DNA of 33,957 bases from assembly GCA_016618085.1 (NCBI GenBank), contig JABLTG010000193.1:1-33957 (forward strand), written 5' to 3'. The first letter of the stretch is position 1, and each line of letters begins with the position of its first letter. The translations under genes and the position numbers were made by a program. The DNA comes from Neovahlkampfia damariscottae. Its lineage: Eukaryota. Under the pieces are notes generated by a model, which worked only from the letters and a program-made list of their open reading frames with translations, was not told the origin of the DNA and made no database searches. Below are positions 1 to 12,452 of this stretch, piece by piece.

Positions 1-339
1 AGTTTTATGTGAAACTTGTTTGTTTTCTTTTGGAACATCTTTTGATGAAAATAAAACACCTTCTGTTAATGAAGATTGTTCTACCAACTTTTTTGTCCAA
101 CAAATATTCTTGTCAACTGAAGAAGAAGAACTTGGAGGTATACTTTTCACTTGTAGCATGTCTTCTTTTTCTTTAGTCCACCAAAAAGGATACGAATATT
201 TTCCTTATTTATATGTTGATTTCATATTTCCTGTTTCTTTTGTTTCTTCAAGTTTTCTCTTTTTTATCACTTCTGTTGTTGATGTTGAAGTAACATTTTT
301 TTCTTTCCAAAATGAATCCAATTTGAGCTGTTTGGACAT
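1..339 (-). pseudogene. Degenerate 5' fragment of an unknown gene running off the left edge
   Basis: ATG at 339 (-) reads MSKQLKLDSFWKEK...KSTYK*GKYSYPFWWTKEKEDML, then needs a frame change to continue as LLDKKLVEQSSLTEGVLFSSKDVPKENKQVSHKT. Protein-like composition, but with a stop and a frameshift. Confidence 0.35.
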
Positions 340-537
340 TTTAAATACTTGAGATCTTTTTCAGTATTTTCTAGTTGAACAAAAAGGTCTTTTTTGTTCA
401 ACTTTAACAACTTCAAGTAAAAGTTCTAAAAATAACTGGCAAAGTTAAATCTAATTGGCCACTTTTATCACAATAACCATCAATTCATTAGCCGTAAACT
501 TTTTATTGGCAGATCTTCCAGACCAATCAAAATAAAA

Positions 538-993
538 ATGGTCAAAGCAATTTGTGTAGTAAGTGGAGAAGAAGTCAAAGGAACAATTTCTTTCATTCAA
601 GAAGAAGGAAAACCTTTAGTTGTTGAAGGAGAAATTAAAGGACTTAAAGAAGGAAAACATGGTTTCCATATCCATCAATTTGGTGATTTGACAAACGGTT
701 GTACATCATCAGGAGGTCACTTTAATCCATTCGGAAATACTCATGGTGCTCCAACTGACAAAGTTAGACATGTTGGTGATTTCGGAAATATTTCAGCAAA
801 CAAAGACGGAGTTGCAGCATTCAAATTTGAAGATTCAGTTGCTACTTTATTTGGAGAACATACTGTTGTTGGAAGAACTATTGTTGTTCATGCTGATGAA
901 GATGATCTTGGAAAAGGTGGATTTGAAGATTCATTAAAAACTGGACATGCTGGTGCAAGAGTTGCATGTGGTATCATTGGCCTTGCTCAGTAA
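538..993 (+). CDS. SOD1: Cu/Zn superoxide dismutase
   Basis: [48 protein letters not shown] and [14 protein letters not shown] signatures; 151 aa, single exon. Confidence 0.98.
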   Translation: MVKAICVVSGEEVKGTISFIQEEGKPLVVEGEIKGLKEGKHGFHIHQFGDLTNGCTSSGGHFNPFGNTHGAPTDKVRHVGDFGNISANKDGVAAFKFEDSVATLFGEHTVVGRTIVVHADEDDLGKGGFEDSLKTGHAGARVACGIIGLAQ

Positions 994-1229
994 GAAATAA
1001 AATCTTTTTTTACAAAAAATAATTTTAATTTAGAAGTACATCTAGTAAGTTATAAAAAAACAATCCTCTTTTCTAAATAAATTATCCATTTTACATTAGT
1101 CAACTGTTTTTTGACAGAAGATACCACATATTTATTTGTTTTCTCAATTCATATAAAATCCCATTTTGTATGTTTCTTTTAAAAATCTAGAAGGTCCCAG
1201 TCCAATCAGTTTCTTTTTTGGATTCTAAA

Positions 1230-1871
1230 ATGATGATGTTGAAAATAATCCTCTTTGCTGCCTTGATTGTTCAAGTATTTGGTGATAGTGTCCACTTATT
1301 CGGTAGAAAAAGTGATTGTTCAGTACCAGACACTGCTGTTTTAGAAGTTCCTTTCTGTAGAAAATGGAGTGGAAATAATTATCACTCCAACACTTGTTCA
1401 TCAACTTTCCAACAATTCATTTGCAAAGATTCAAACTGTAAAGATTGTAAACAAGTGCAAAGAGGTACAACAAATTTATTTTCTAATTTCTATTCAGATC
1501 CATCATGTAGAAGAGCTACAAAAATTGACCAAAGATTTTTCAACCATAATAAGACCAAAAGTGATTTGGCAACATACGTTCAAATAAAATGTGGTGGAGA
1601 ATACAATGGTGCTTTATTTGACAATTTCAGAGGAACAGGTTGCTCAGGAAGTGATAAATATCAATCCATACTTTTCACAAATGTTTGCACTGATTACTCT
1701 GGAAATTCAGTCAAATATATTTGTAAAGATGAAGATGTTCATATGGAAATATATCAAACAGGAAACTGTGGTGGGTCTCCAGCAATGACTGTTCCAATGT
1801 ACAAAAGAGGAATTTGTAGATCAACACAAGTGTTATTGAAATGTGGAAAATTGAATATTCCAAAAGGATAA
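1230..1871 (+). CDS. Secreted cysteine-rich protein with two internal repeats, function unknown
   Basis: ATG at 1230 followed by a hydrophobic signal peptide (MMMLKIILFAALIVQVFG); regularly spaced Cys in two similar blocks. Confidence 0.75.
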   Translation: MMMLKIILFAALIVQVFGDSVHLFGRKSDCSVPDTAVLEVPFCRKWSGNNYHSNTCSSTFQQFICKDSNCKDCKQVQRGTTNLFSNFYSDPSCRRATKIDQRFFNHNKTKSDLATYVQIKCGGEYNGALFDNFRGTGCSGSDKYQSILFTNVCTDYSGNSVKYICKDEDVHMEIYQTGNCGGSPAMTVPMYKRGICRSTQVLLKCGKLNIPKG

Positions 1872-1878
1872 ATGAAAT

Positions 1879-3003
1879 TTATTTTGGAATTGTTACAACT
1901 ATACAACTTATTATTTTGTTGATTTCTATGATTCCTTTAATTTCTAATCCACTTTTTTCAATGATTTCTTTGAATTGTAATTTTGTTCTTTCTTTGCCTC
2001 CTTCACACATGGCCATCATATTGATATCTTTTCTGTGGTGAAAATAAATGATTTAGTGATGTTATATCTTACCCAATAACCATTTTATTATTTGAACTGT
2101 CCATGATTGCGTCCAGTATTAACACTTCACATTCTTGAGGATGTTTATTTTTCATTATCGAATTTTTCACATTAGAAAGAATTTTAATTGATTCATCATC
2201 ACCCCAATCTTTTTAATTTTTATAAAATGAAACAAATTACCATGTAAAATCCATTTTAAAAGATAAATGTCACCTGTCGGAATTTCATCATCAAAAAAAC
2301 TACCTGTTTTGAATTCTAATCTTGATTGCACAACATTTTCCAATTTTTTTGAATTTTCAATTCCTTGTTTTATCACATTTTCTAAATCAAATACAATTCC
2401 TGTTGATTCTTTACTCTTCAATAGTAAAGATATAACAAGATGTCCTCTGCCACCTGCAACATCAATAATTGTTTTTTTATTCAATTTTTTAATGATTTCT
2501 TCATTGGAACATATTGATTTTATGATTGGATTTGAGACATTCGTCATATATTCATCAAATTTTTGTGATAAAATTTCTTCACCTTCTAGATATTGCCAAA
2601 TCGTTTTGTTGTATTTATTTTTGAAATGACTATCTCCATTAATAACTATTTGATCTAAATTTGACCATGCTTCAAGTTGACAATCAAAAAAACAAGTTTT
2701 AGCGTTAATTGATGCCGGTGAATCTTCACGTAAAACCAATGAACGTGGAGTATGTGAAAAAACTCCGTCCTTGATTTCTTGAAAGATTTTATATGCAGCT
2801 AAAGCTCTGAGGAATCTTAAGGTGTATTGTTCAGATTTTGATTTAATTCTTTTTGTAATTGTTTTATAATCAATTTCTTCATGTTTTTCTATGACTTCTG
2901 GAAGTTTTAACTTTACACAGTTGGTAATAAATGTTGGAAGTTGTGTTTGTGTCAATGTTTCTTCAACAAAGTTTCTTGCTTCTTGTTCTTCTTCACTCAT
3001 CAA
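1879..3003 (-). CDS. SAM-dependent O-methyltransferase (methyltransferase_2 / COMT-ASMT type), 3 exons
   Basis: IIDVAGGRG, VFDL, GSFF, DIYLLKWILH. Removing short GT-AG introns restores HDWGDDESIKIL and DINMMAMCEGGKERT, ending at TAA 1879-1881. Confidence 0.92.
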
Positions 3004-3128
3004 TTATGGATATCCCTCCAATAGAAATACTTTACCATAATTTCTTGAACATTTCTGGATAGTGAAACACAATACCATCCGGTCATTAAAATGGTAAAAA
3101 GAAGTTTAAAACGGAGTATGGGTATCAT

Positions 3129-5454
3129 TTATTTCCTTTTGTATGTAAATCTACTCAGATTATTTTTATCAATTTTTCTTAACGATTTTAACATTAAATC
3201 TTGAGTTGATTTTTCAATCAATTGACTTCTTAATTTATTTTTTTTTCTAATTTTTTTCTTTTCCAACGCTAAATAAGTTGCTCTTGTAGAGATTGGAAAA
3301 TTAGAAATTATTTCATCTTCTAAATACAAATCATGTAAAAAACAGAATCTAATACAATAATCTATCAATGATGCATATTCATAAATCAAACTAAAGTTAA
3401 TGATATCCATCACATTGTCAACTGATACATTGTATTTCACAATATTCAATGAATAATTAATTATTTCTTTCAATTGAAATACTTCACAATGAACTAATAT
3501 TTCAATTACATTTCCCAGATTTATGTCTTGAATTTCATTGGTATAAAGATATTGAATTATAATTTCGAATATTTCAACTGTAATTCCAAAGAATTCAATG
3601 GTATTTTCAATTGATTCTTTCATTCCACTTTTGAATATATTTTTAATGTGTTTAGATCTAAAGAGAAATAATTTATGAAGGTTATATTCTTTCATCATCT
3701 CACCAGTTTCATCATTGACCAATTGAATTTTAACATCAGAATGATTTTCATCTGTCATTAATTTTCTTAGGTCTGATTGAAATTTCTTCACAAAAAGATT
3801 TTGTGAGCTCAAATTAACGTTAGTTTTGAAAATTACATCTAAAAAGGTGAAATTTTCTTTTGATTTCTTTGTAAAAACTAGTAATGATTTCATTTCATTT
3901 TCATTCAATTCAAGTTTACCAGTGTAAAGAAAACCTAAAAATAATGAATAAAAGACGGAAATTTTACCTACATATTTTTCAAAAAGTGTCGGTGAAATTT
4001 CATACAGTTCATTTTTTCTATTTTCAATTAACTCCTTCAAATAGCTGCATCTAATTGAAACAAAAGCTTTATGGACTTGAATCTCTTTGAAATCATTATC
4101 TTTTTCATCATAAACTTTAAATTTAAAATCAAATAAATCTGTTTCCTCAAGACGGGTCAACAATAATTCGAAATATTTCTTATTTTCACTATTTTGAAAT
4201 TTATGACGAGTCACAAATATACCTTTCTCTCCTTCAATAAATAGTGTTTCTTTAGCTGATGAGATTATAATTGGATCAATAAAACTCTTCAATTTTTCTG
4301 GTGTATTCAATATTGTCAGTTTATCATTTTTACAATCAAATGCATAAATGACATTCTGCATTTCCATTTTTTGATTCATTCCTCCAAAAATATAAAAATA
4401 TTGTTCAGGATCTTGTTCTTCAAATTTATGAGAAAACATTTTTGCATTGATTAACGGAGGTAAACTCTGTGATGTAAAAACTGATTCAAATAATTCATTC
4501 ACAGTATCAAAAATAAGGAAATCATTGAAATATCTATTTCCATTTTGACCTCCAAAATAATAAATATAATCATTCATTTTGAAACAAGAATAATTATATC
4601 TGGCATCTGGGATTATTGATTCGGCAAACTGTGCACCAATTCTTTTTCTTTTTTCATATGGATCAAATATTTCAATCTTGAATGTATATTTAAATAATAT
4701 TTTGATCATTATATTTGATACCAATCCTTCATCAAGCATCCCACCAAAAATATAAACTCCACTGCTGTGAATGACAGGTGTGACATTTTTCAAATTTTTG
4801 AATAAATTTTCATAAATTTCGAAGTCATTTATATCATCTAAATCAAAAAAACGTTTTCTCCATCTTTTTTCATCTCCTGTGAATTCCTGTAATGTATAAT
4901 ATTCAAATAAATTTTCACAATCAAATAGATGTAAATTTTCACCTGAAGTCCACATAAATGGGTTTTTCATATAAGGAGGATGAACACCTTTTTCATTAAA
5001 TTCAATTGAATACCATTCCGAGTCTTCATAAAATATCAAATCGTTCAATTCTGGAAATAAAAAATTAACCAATGAAAAATATACTTTTCCCTTCAAATGT
5101 TTCACCTCCAAAAATGAATATAATACCATTTTTTGATGCACAATATGCAAAGTTCTTTCTTTTAATTTCTGATAAATCAGTTGTTGTGTAATCCAAATTT
5201 TCTGTTTTCACATCTTCTATTTTGAAGTTTACCAACTTGGAGTAATGAACTTCAGTTTCAAGTGTTTCTTTATAAATCTTTTTGTACTTTTGGTTCTTTT
5301 GAATTTTAATTTTTTGTCTATTTTCTTCATCAATTTCATTTTCTTCAATTTTTGGTTTTTTTTTTTTAGGTTTTTGTTTCGGTTTTTTTTTGTTGTCTTT
5401 TATGGTTAAACCAGAAAAGTTGAAGTTAAAAGTATCTTTGTGTTGTTCTTGCAT
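3129..5454 (-). CDS. Kelch-repeat plus tandem BTB/POZ protein (LZTR1-like architecture)
   Basis: Several (Y/F)IFGG Kelch motifs and two BTB domains (IQVHKAFVSIRC; SDVKI...LHKLFLFRS...FKSGMKES...IIQYLYT). The two ORFs join via a 34-nt GT-AG intron at 5051-5084 (FGGETFEGK|KLNDL). Confidence 0.88.
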
Positions 5455-5548
5455 AATTTAACCGACGAGTTGGATATCTAAAATTAGAATAATCTTATTG
5501 GTTAAAATTTTCAATCTTGAGAAGTAATGGTTTAATTTAAACTAGCAA

Positions 5549-6058
5549 ACTTTCAATTAGGAATTCACCAGTATACTGGTACCAGTACTGGAGTATTTTT
5601 GTCAAAAAATTTTTATTGGCAAGAAAATGGCAAGAAAAAGAAAGAAAAAGGAAAAAGAACACGTGAAAACAAACAAAAGATTCAAATAAAAAGAAAAGAA
5701 AGAGAAATGAGAACAAAGTTAAAAATCCCAAAAGAAGATCAGAAAGAATTTCTAAACAAACTTTCAACCATGGAGAAAAGTAGTGACACCAAGTTTCAAC
5801 GAACTAAAAGAAATGATCCAAGAAACAATTAACCTAAAAAGAAGTGTGACAATATCCACGACGAGTGAAAGAGGTTTTTCATCCATGGGTAGAATAGTAG
5901 CCAAACTTCGAAGCAAAACGCATCCTGAAACTGCTGGTGGACTTTTGTTTTTAAAGAAAACACTGAATTTTGGTAAAATAAATTGTCTTAATTTTTGAAG
6001 AAATTACGAAAATTTGTCAAACCAGTACTGGTATACTGGTGAATTCCCTATTGAAAGT
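5549..6058 (+). mobile_element. Internally deleted, non-autonomous hAT DNA transposon remnant
   Basis: ~40-bp imperfect inverted termini (ACTTTCAATTAGGAATTCACCAGTATA.. / ..TATACTGGTGAATTCCCTATTGAAAGT), subterminal palindromes CCAGTA(TA)CTGG, and an internal hAT dimerisation-domain fragment. Confidence 0.8.
5783..5998 (+). pseudogene. hAT transposase C-terminal dimerisation domain fragment
   Basis: SVTISTTSERGFSSMGRIVAKLRSKTHPETAGGLLFLK fits the hAT SERxFS..G......R..L.PE....L.FL motif. No catalytic core is present. Confidence 0.8.
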
Positions 6059-6098
6059 ATTTTACATTCATCAATTTTGAACATCATCCACCAATTAT

Positions 6099-7021
6099 AT
6101 GACCGAACAACAAAGAACAGTTGGTTTCAAACTGAAAACTTTTTTTTCCGACTTCAATCTGACCATAAAATCACATATATCAGCATCAAAATTTCTTCTA
6201 AATAATGATACACTCTGGGAATGGCTTTTGTAAACAAAAAAAAAATTAAAAAAAAAAAGTGCTCCTGCTGTTTTTGGAATTATATATTTTTGTTTAACAT
6301 ATGCCTGTAATATTAATTTTTAATTGAATTTATGTTAGTTGTTGTGATTTTCTTTTTAGAATCTTTTCGCATTTTTGAAGATTTACTTGAAGTTATGAGA
6401 ACGTAAGAAAAAAAAAAGTTTTAACACATACACCAAAGTTATTCATATTATTGGGATGTAACCATTTCGATAATGCTTCCAATGTTAACCACTTCAGCTG
6501 TTCTTTATTCATTGAAAACATCACTGTTGGTGATTATCGGATTTCCACTTGGAAGATTAGGTTATAAAGCTGAAAATCTAATGAAGAAAACAAACAATCA
6601 AAATGAAGAAAATGAAATCCGTTTGAATTTTAAATGTTGCTCATTGTGTGGTTCAGTCTTCCGAAACTTTCCAATGGAATTTGGAGTTACATTAATTTAC
6701 GCAGTTGCTCTTCAATTGATCGCATGGGTTCCTTATTCAACTTTTTTTGGATATTTCATTTTCATTTTGATGCATTTTTATTTTTGTGCATGGCCTTTTG
6801 TTGATATTTTCATCACAAGAAAAAAAGTGAGTGATAATGAAATGATTGAATTTGAATCAAATCATAGAGGAATTTACTTTGGAATTGGTTTTTGTTTCAT
6901 GATTCTATTGTTGATTCCAATTATTGGTTGGTGTTTAGCACCTGCTATTACCACCATTGCTTCTCAACAAATATTCTATGAAATGAAAGAAAAAGGGGAA
7001 TTAAATTGGTCAGAAAATTGA
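6099..7021 (+). CDS. EI24/CysZ-family multi-pass membrane protein, 4 exons
   Basis: ATG 6099 (MTEQQRTVGFKLKTFF), three short GT-AG introns between ~6230 and ~6438, and C-terminal GIGFCFMILLLIPIIGWCLAPAITTIAS typical of the family. Confidence 0.75.
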
Positions 7022-7341
7022 ATAAAGGATTCTTCAAATACAAAATTGTAAGTTGGGCCTTAGTTTGAATGATTTTTCTGACATTTTAACTTGGCATCCA
7101 AATGTCATTCAACTTTGTTGATTTAAATATTTAATTTGTATATTTGAATTAATCTGAGATCAAAATCTATAACCCAATTCTTGTTTTTTCTTTGGAGGAT
7201 TTTTGGAAAGTACAAGATTCAATCCAAGAATCATCTTTACTTAAAATCCTTAGATATTGATCCTTGTTCTACCAGAATGTATCCAGGCAAATTTACAACA
7301 TTTATCAGTGTTGTAAGCTTTTTGTAGATTACCTAAAATCT

Positions 7342-8847
7342 TTATTTTTTAAATGGACATTTTTTTGTACTGTATTCTTTACCGCTTGGATTATTGTACC
7401 AAAAAGAGTTATCCAACATTTCCAAAAATGATACTTCTTCTGGATCCATTTTTGAATCAATTAATTCCTGAACTGTGATATCAAATTCTTCATGATTTTT
7501 AATTTTCAACAAGTTTTGATGATCAGCAAACAATTTTTCAGTTTTATAAATTCCTGAATTTTGAATAGAGAGAATAACTTCTTGCAAAAGTTTTGAATTG
7601 AAAATTTGGTTTAAATCTAATCCCATTCCTTTTTCAATGATATTTTCAATAAAATTATAGGAATTCATGATTGAATCAAAATAATAATACTCATTGAATC
7701 GTTTGATAATTTCACAAACATTTTTGATTAATTCATTTGATTTTTTCTTAATAGGAAGATCCATCACTAAAATTGATGTTTTTTTCAATGTTTTATCAAC
7801 TATTGAACTATTATTCCATTCCAAATACTGAATGTTGTTAAAAATAATTACAAATCATTACCCAATTGCCAATTTGAATACCAAGATGAAAATATTGAAA
7901 CGGAATCATGAATGAAGGCTCAAACATAACATCTTTTCTTTCAAATTCACTGAAAACTAAACTTGTTTTAAAATTATTTTCATTTTCATTTTTGAAATTG
8001 TTGATTATAGTATTCAAATCGCACCAATCATCAAGGTCATCAGGATCATATTTTATACCAGCTTTTAACAGCTTTTTTTTAACTCTATCTTTCCAACTGA
8101 TTGAAATTGAATTTGAAGTGCTCTTTTCTGAGTCACTTGTTGGTATTTGAAAAGAACAACAGACATTTGGCTGTTCATCATCTTCAACCAGTTTAATATG
8201 AGGTATTATATCTCCTTCTGTTTCTTCTTTATCATATCCTTCCACAATATCAAATGCCATTTCATTAAACATATCATCAATATTATCATTATCTTTTGCA
8301 CTGGTTTCAAAGAATTTCATTCCATATTTTTGTGCTTTGTCCTGCCCCATAATCGTTGATACAACCTTTCTGTGAATTAAATCAGTCTTAGTTCCAACAA
8401 GGTACAAGGGTAATCTTCCTTCTGGCAATTGTGTTGTAAGTATTTTTAACCACTTTTCAACATCTTGAAAAAATCAAAACTTAAAGATTTAAATTACTAT
8501 TGAAGGTATTTTCTTCTGTTACATCGTAGCAAATCAAAACTCCTTTGGCGCTTCTAAAATATGCGTCAGTTGCACACATAAATCGTTCTTGACCTGCTGT
8601 GTCTAGTTTGAAATGAACAGAAGAAAAAAATTACCCCATAGTTGCATCTGCTTTAAAGTATGAGTAAATATTTTTTTTTAACCTTCATAGTTTCTTCTTT
8701 GACAGGTATTTTTTTATCAAAAAAATCAAGACCAATTGTTGAAGGTAACTTTTCATGATACTCATTTTTACAATACCTAATCAATAAAGAAGATTTTCCA
8801 ACAGCTGAATCACCGATTAATAAAACTTTTGAACTTGGTCTTTGCAT
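7342..8847 (-). CDS. Rab GTPase (Rab1/Rab8-like) continuing in frame into a PPPDE/permuted-papain-like domain
   Basis: [15 protein letters not shown], (W)[13 protein letters not shown] and FFETSAK across 3 introns. No stop after ..NVCCSF. A further intron joins [18 protein letters not shown] to the 7342-7824 ORF. Confidence 0.75.
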
Positions 8848-9225
8848 GGATTTGAATAACTAAAATTGACGAATCAGAATTATTTGTCAGTTGTTGGACA
8901 AATTGAAATTTGATTTTTTGAGCTGTTTTTTCAAACCTATTCACTTCAAATACTTACTAAATTATTTGGATGGCATTATGTCCAGGTAGAATTTTTTTTT
9001 TAATTTTTTTTTTTTTACCTTTTTTCGAAATTAAACAATTAATTTGGCAATCAGTGAGAAAATGTTCAAAGGATTAAAATGAAATGATTCAATTTAAAAC
9101 GTTGAACCTGGTTCTTGATTAAATCAATAGTGTCTGTTAATTTGTAAATTAGTTATTTAAGTTATTTAAGTTGATATTTTGCAAAAATGCATGGTTTGAA
9201 TTCATTTTGATATAATTGTTATAAA

Positions 9226-9831
9226 TTATTCCGAATTGGGTTTTTGAATTTTTGAACAAGTTTCAACTGAAGTTCTTTTTCTTTTTTTTGAAGACATTTT
9301 TGAACTTACTCTAATCCATGGTGAATCCAATACAATAGGTTTGTTTTGAAGTTCATCACTGAGAAAAGCAAAGTTCGGGTCTTCATCAAAAATATAAATT
9401 CTTAATTTGTAAAGTGGGTTGGTTTTTGCGATATTTGTTTTAGTGCATCCAAGTTGAAATGTTTTCTTTTGTTGATTGATAGGAATTTCATATTCAAATG
9501 TTTCTTTGTTGTCTAAAGTGAAAATATTTTCACAAGATTTGTCATTTGTTTCTTTTCCTTGATCATTTTGAACTTTTGAACACATTTTCATGACCACCCA
9601 TAAATTTTGATGTTGAATTCTTGTAAAATCAATGGTTAATGTTGCTTTGCTTCCTTTTGATCTGTTTGTTGTTTCTATTGTGACTGTGTTTGAATCAAAT
9701 TCTTCTAATTTGTTTTGTGTTATTGAAGCTGAAATATTTGATGAACTGAAGTCACATCTTCCTCTTGAAATTTTGGAACTAGGTTGGTTTGAACCAGGTA
9801 TTACGTTTGTTGTTAACTGACTATGAATCAT
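9226..9831 (-). CDS. Putative Ig-fold (velvet/CudA/p53-RHD-like) DNA-binding protein
   Basis: Beta-rich domain ending LYKLRIYIF...LDSPWIRVSSK followed by an NLS-like KKRKR. First in-frame ATG is at 9831; the open frame extends to 9873. Confidence 0.55.
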   Translation of the reverse strand: MIHSQLTTNVIPGSNQPSSKISRGRCDFSSSNISASITQNKLEEFDSNTVTIETTNRSKGSKATLTIDFTRIQHQNLWVVMKMCSKVQNDQGKETNDKSCENIFTLDNKETFEYEIPINQQKKTFQLGCTKTNIAKTNPLYKLRIYIFDEDPNFAFLSDELQNKPIVLDSPWIRVSSKMSSKKRKRTSVETCSKIQKPNSE

Positions 9832-9972
9832 TGGCTTAATGAAAAAATCTTGATCCGACAAATCATTTATCAAGAATGTTGTTCAACCACTTACTCAGAT
9901 ATATTTGAAAATTATTCAATACTTGAATAAATTCAAGTTTTAGAAGCTCTGAACGATTTTCATTGGACAAAA

Positions 9973-11562
9973 ATGTTAAAAATTCTCATCTTATTTGTTC
10001 TTGTCGTTAGTCTTAATGCTGACGAATCTGCATTTGCCAAGTTTGTCAATCAGAACAATGTTCAAGCAGGTGCATTTTCAATGAACTTAAAACCACCTAT
10101 TGGAGTTCCACTTGCAGGTTTTTCAAACAGAAAAGTTGATGGATGGCCTTTACCAAAATTTACAAAATATACAGCATTTATGAAACCATCAACTGGTTAT
10201 TTAGACCAAATATACGCTAAATGTTTGGTTTTAAAAAGTTCCTCAAAAAGTGTACTTTTTGTTGGTTTGGATTCAATTGGCAGTTCTGGTTATTTCACGT
10301 AACATTATAAAAAAAGAAACTAATTTTTTTAGTGAAAAAGCTTATAATAAAGCAAAAGCAAGAGGTTTACAAACTTCACTTTCAAGCACTGTCTTTGGAG
10401 CATCTCAGTAACTTTTTTTTTTTTTAACATTTTCTTTATTAGTACTCATGCAAGTTTTGGTGCTGTTTCACAAGATTTACTTTGGTCATTAGCTCCTGCT
10501 ACAGATCTTTTCAATATTGAAGTCACTAATTTGATTACAGATAGACTTGCAGAATGTATGATTATGGCAGAAAAAAATTTAAAACCTGCAAAAGTTGGAA
10601 TTGGAAGATCAGAGCTTATTGGTTTTAGTAAAAATAGAAGAGCTAGATTTTCACCACAGTATCATATTTTATTATTTTTAACATAAAATTAAGTGTAAAT
10701 GAAACATCTGTTGATCCACAACTTGGTTTGATTAGAGTTGATGACTTGGAAGGAAAACCAGTTGCCACATTATGGAATTTTGCTATTCATGGTACTTGTC
10801 ACAGTTCAGGATTGATGCAATTATCAGGAGACGTTATGGGTGTTGCAAATGAATTAATTGAAGAAAAAGGTTTAGGAGTTGCAATTTTCATGGTAAATAT
10901 AAAAAATCAGATAACATTTTAAAAAAGAATGGTGCTGCAGGAGATGCTGCTCCAGGAAATGGAATGTGTGACAACAAACCAAAATTTGATGGTTCAAAAA
11001 AATTTGCTGAAGAAATTGAAAAACGTAGAAAACTTATTGAAACATCACCTGAATTAGATATTAAAGTTGATAGCGTTGTTCAAAATTTCGGTCTCACACA
11101 AATGAATTTGACAATTGAAAGAGTTTCAAATTGTACTGATGGTGGATGGATGAATATTTGTGGTTTATGTCATTCCAGAATGTTAAATTGTACAGCAAAT
11201 GTTAGATTAGGTGATAGATGGGTTGAAAATAAACCAAGATTTACTGGAATTCAATTAACTTCATTAGGACAAACTCATGGATTTGTGACACTTCCAGGTG
11301 AAGCTATTCAAGAAATAGCTCATCAAATAAGAGCTGAAGGCAGAAGAATGGGCTACAATAATATTTATATTGTTGGATATGGAAACAATCATGTAAGAGT
11401 TTTTAATTTTAATCCACTTTTCAGATGGGTTATTTTACAACAGAGAAAGAATATGAAGTTGGTGGTTATGAAGGTTTATTAAGTTTTTGGGGTATAAAAA
11501 CTGGAGAAATGGTCAAATCTTCTGCTGTTCAAATATTAGGAAAAGTGAGAAATTCGAAATAA
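9973..11562 (+). CDS. Neutral/alkaline ceramidase family protein, secreted, multi-exon
   Basis: Signal peptide; PPIGVPLAGF, IYAKCLVL, (S)HTHAS across an intron, WNFAIHGT, LPGE, GYGNNH|MGYFTT..EY..GGYE; stop at 11560-11562. Confidence 0.88.
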
Positions 11563-11587
11563 AACCTTTTTTTTATTCACCAATGAA

Positions 11588-12373
11588 ATGTCAGTAGAGT
11601 CAAATTGGAAGAATGTTTTAGCTGGAGCAGGAAGTGGATTTTGTTTAACTATGGTTGGACATCCTTTTGATGTTGTCAAAGTTCGACTCCAAACTTCAAA
11701 TGAGTTCAAAGGTGTCATTGATTGTGTTAGAAAAACTTTAACAAAAGAAGGAGTTGTAGGTTTTTACAAAGGAGTTACATCACCGCTACTATCAACTTCT
11801 TTGATGAATTCAATTGTTTTTTCAAGTTATACTTTTGCAAAAAATCAACAGAAAAAGAAGAATTTCAAAAACATTTTTTTATCAGGTAGTTTTGCTGGAT
11901 TTGTTTCATCCTTATTTGTAACACCATTTGAAAGATTAAAAATATTAACACAAATTCAATATACATCAACTTATAAAGGTCCTTTGTCTCTCGGAAAAAT
12001 GATATTCAAAGAAGAAGGTTTCAAAGGCATTTACAGAGGCATAACATCAAATATTTTGAGAGACACAGTTGGAAGAGGTGTATATTTCAGCACTTATGAA
12101 TATTTAAAATCAAACAATTTAGGAGTTATTTTTTCAGGTGGTATTTCTGGAATGATGACTTGGTTGGTTATTATCCCATTGGATACAGTTAAATCAAAAA
12201 TTCAAAGTGAAACTAAAAACAAAATTGGGATTATAACTATCATTAAAAGTCAAAAATCTTTCAAACATCTTTATCGTGGGACTCTTCCAGTGTTAATTCG
12301 ATCATTTCCAGCTAATGCTGCTGGATTTTATGGATATGAATATATTATGAAAATTTTGAAGAATAATGAATAG
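11588..12373 (+). CDS. Mitochondrial carrier (SLC25), carnitine/ornithine-carrier-like
   Basis: Three Px[DE]xxKx[RK]-type motifs (HPFDVVKVRLQ, TPFERLK, IPLDTVKSKIQ), GFYKGVTSPL, RSFPANAAGF. Confidence 0.95.
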   Translation: MSVESNWKNVLAGAGSGFCLTMVGHPFDVVKVRLQTSNEFKGVIDCVRKTLTKEGVVGFYKGVTSPLLSTSLMNSIVFSSYTFAKNQQKKKNFKNIFLSGSFAGFVSSLFVTPFERLKILTQIQYTSTYKGPLSLGKMIFKEEGFKGIYRGITSNILRDTVGRGVYFSTYEYLKSNNLGVIFSGGISGMMTWLVIIPLDTVKSKIQSETKNKIGIITIIKSQKSFKHLYRGTLPVLIRSFPANAAGFYGYEYIMKILKNNE

Positions 12374-12452
12374 TTTTTTTGTTGTAAATTTACAGACCAC
12401 TTCTTGTCTTTTATTGGTCCAATTTATTAGATTTTTTTCATACAAAAAATTT

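Noticed and set aside
20..352. + strand 110-aa ORF and other short antisense/overlapping ORFs (e.g. 743, 2267, 7908, 9632, 16510, 20285, 21908, 23687, 27065, 29599, 32729)
   Set aside because: Shadow frames of real genes, mostly Phe/Ser/Ile-rich or with non-ATG starts.
7025..7340. Coding-like intergenic stretches (also 13160-13320, 18330-18580, 22220-22680)
   Set aside because: Stops in all frames and no recognisable motif; cannot be supported as genes or RNAs.
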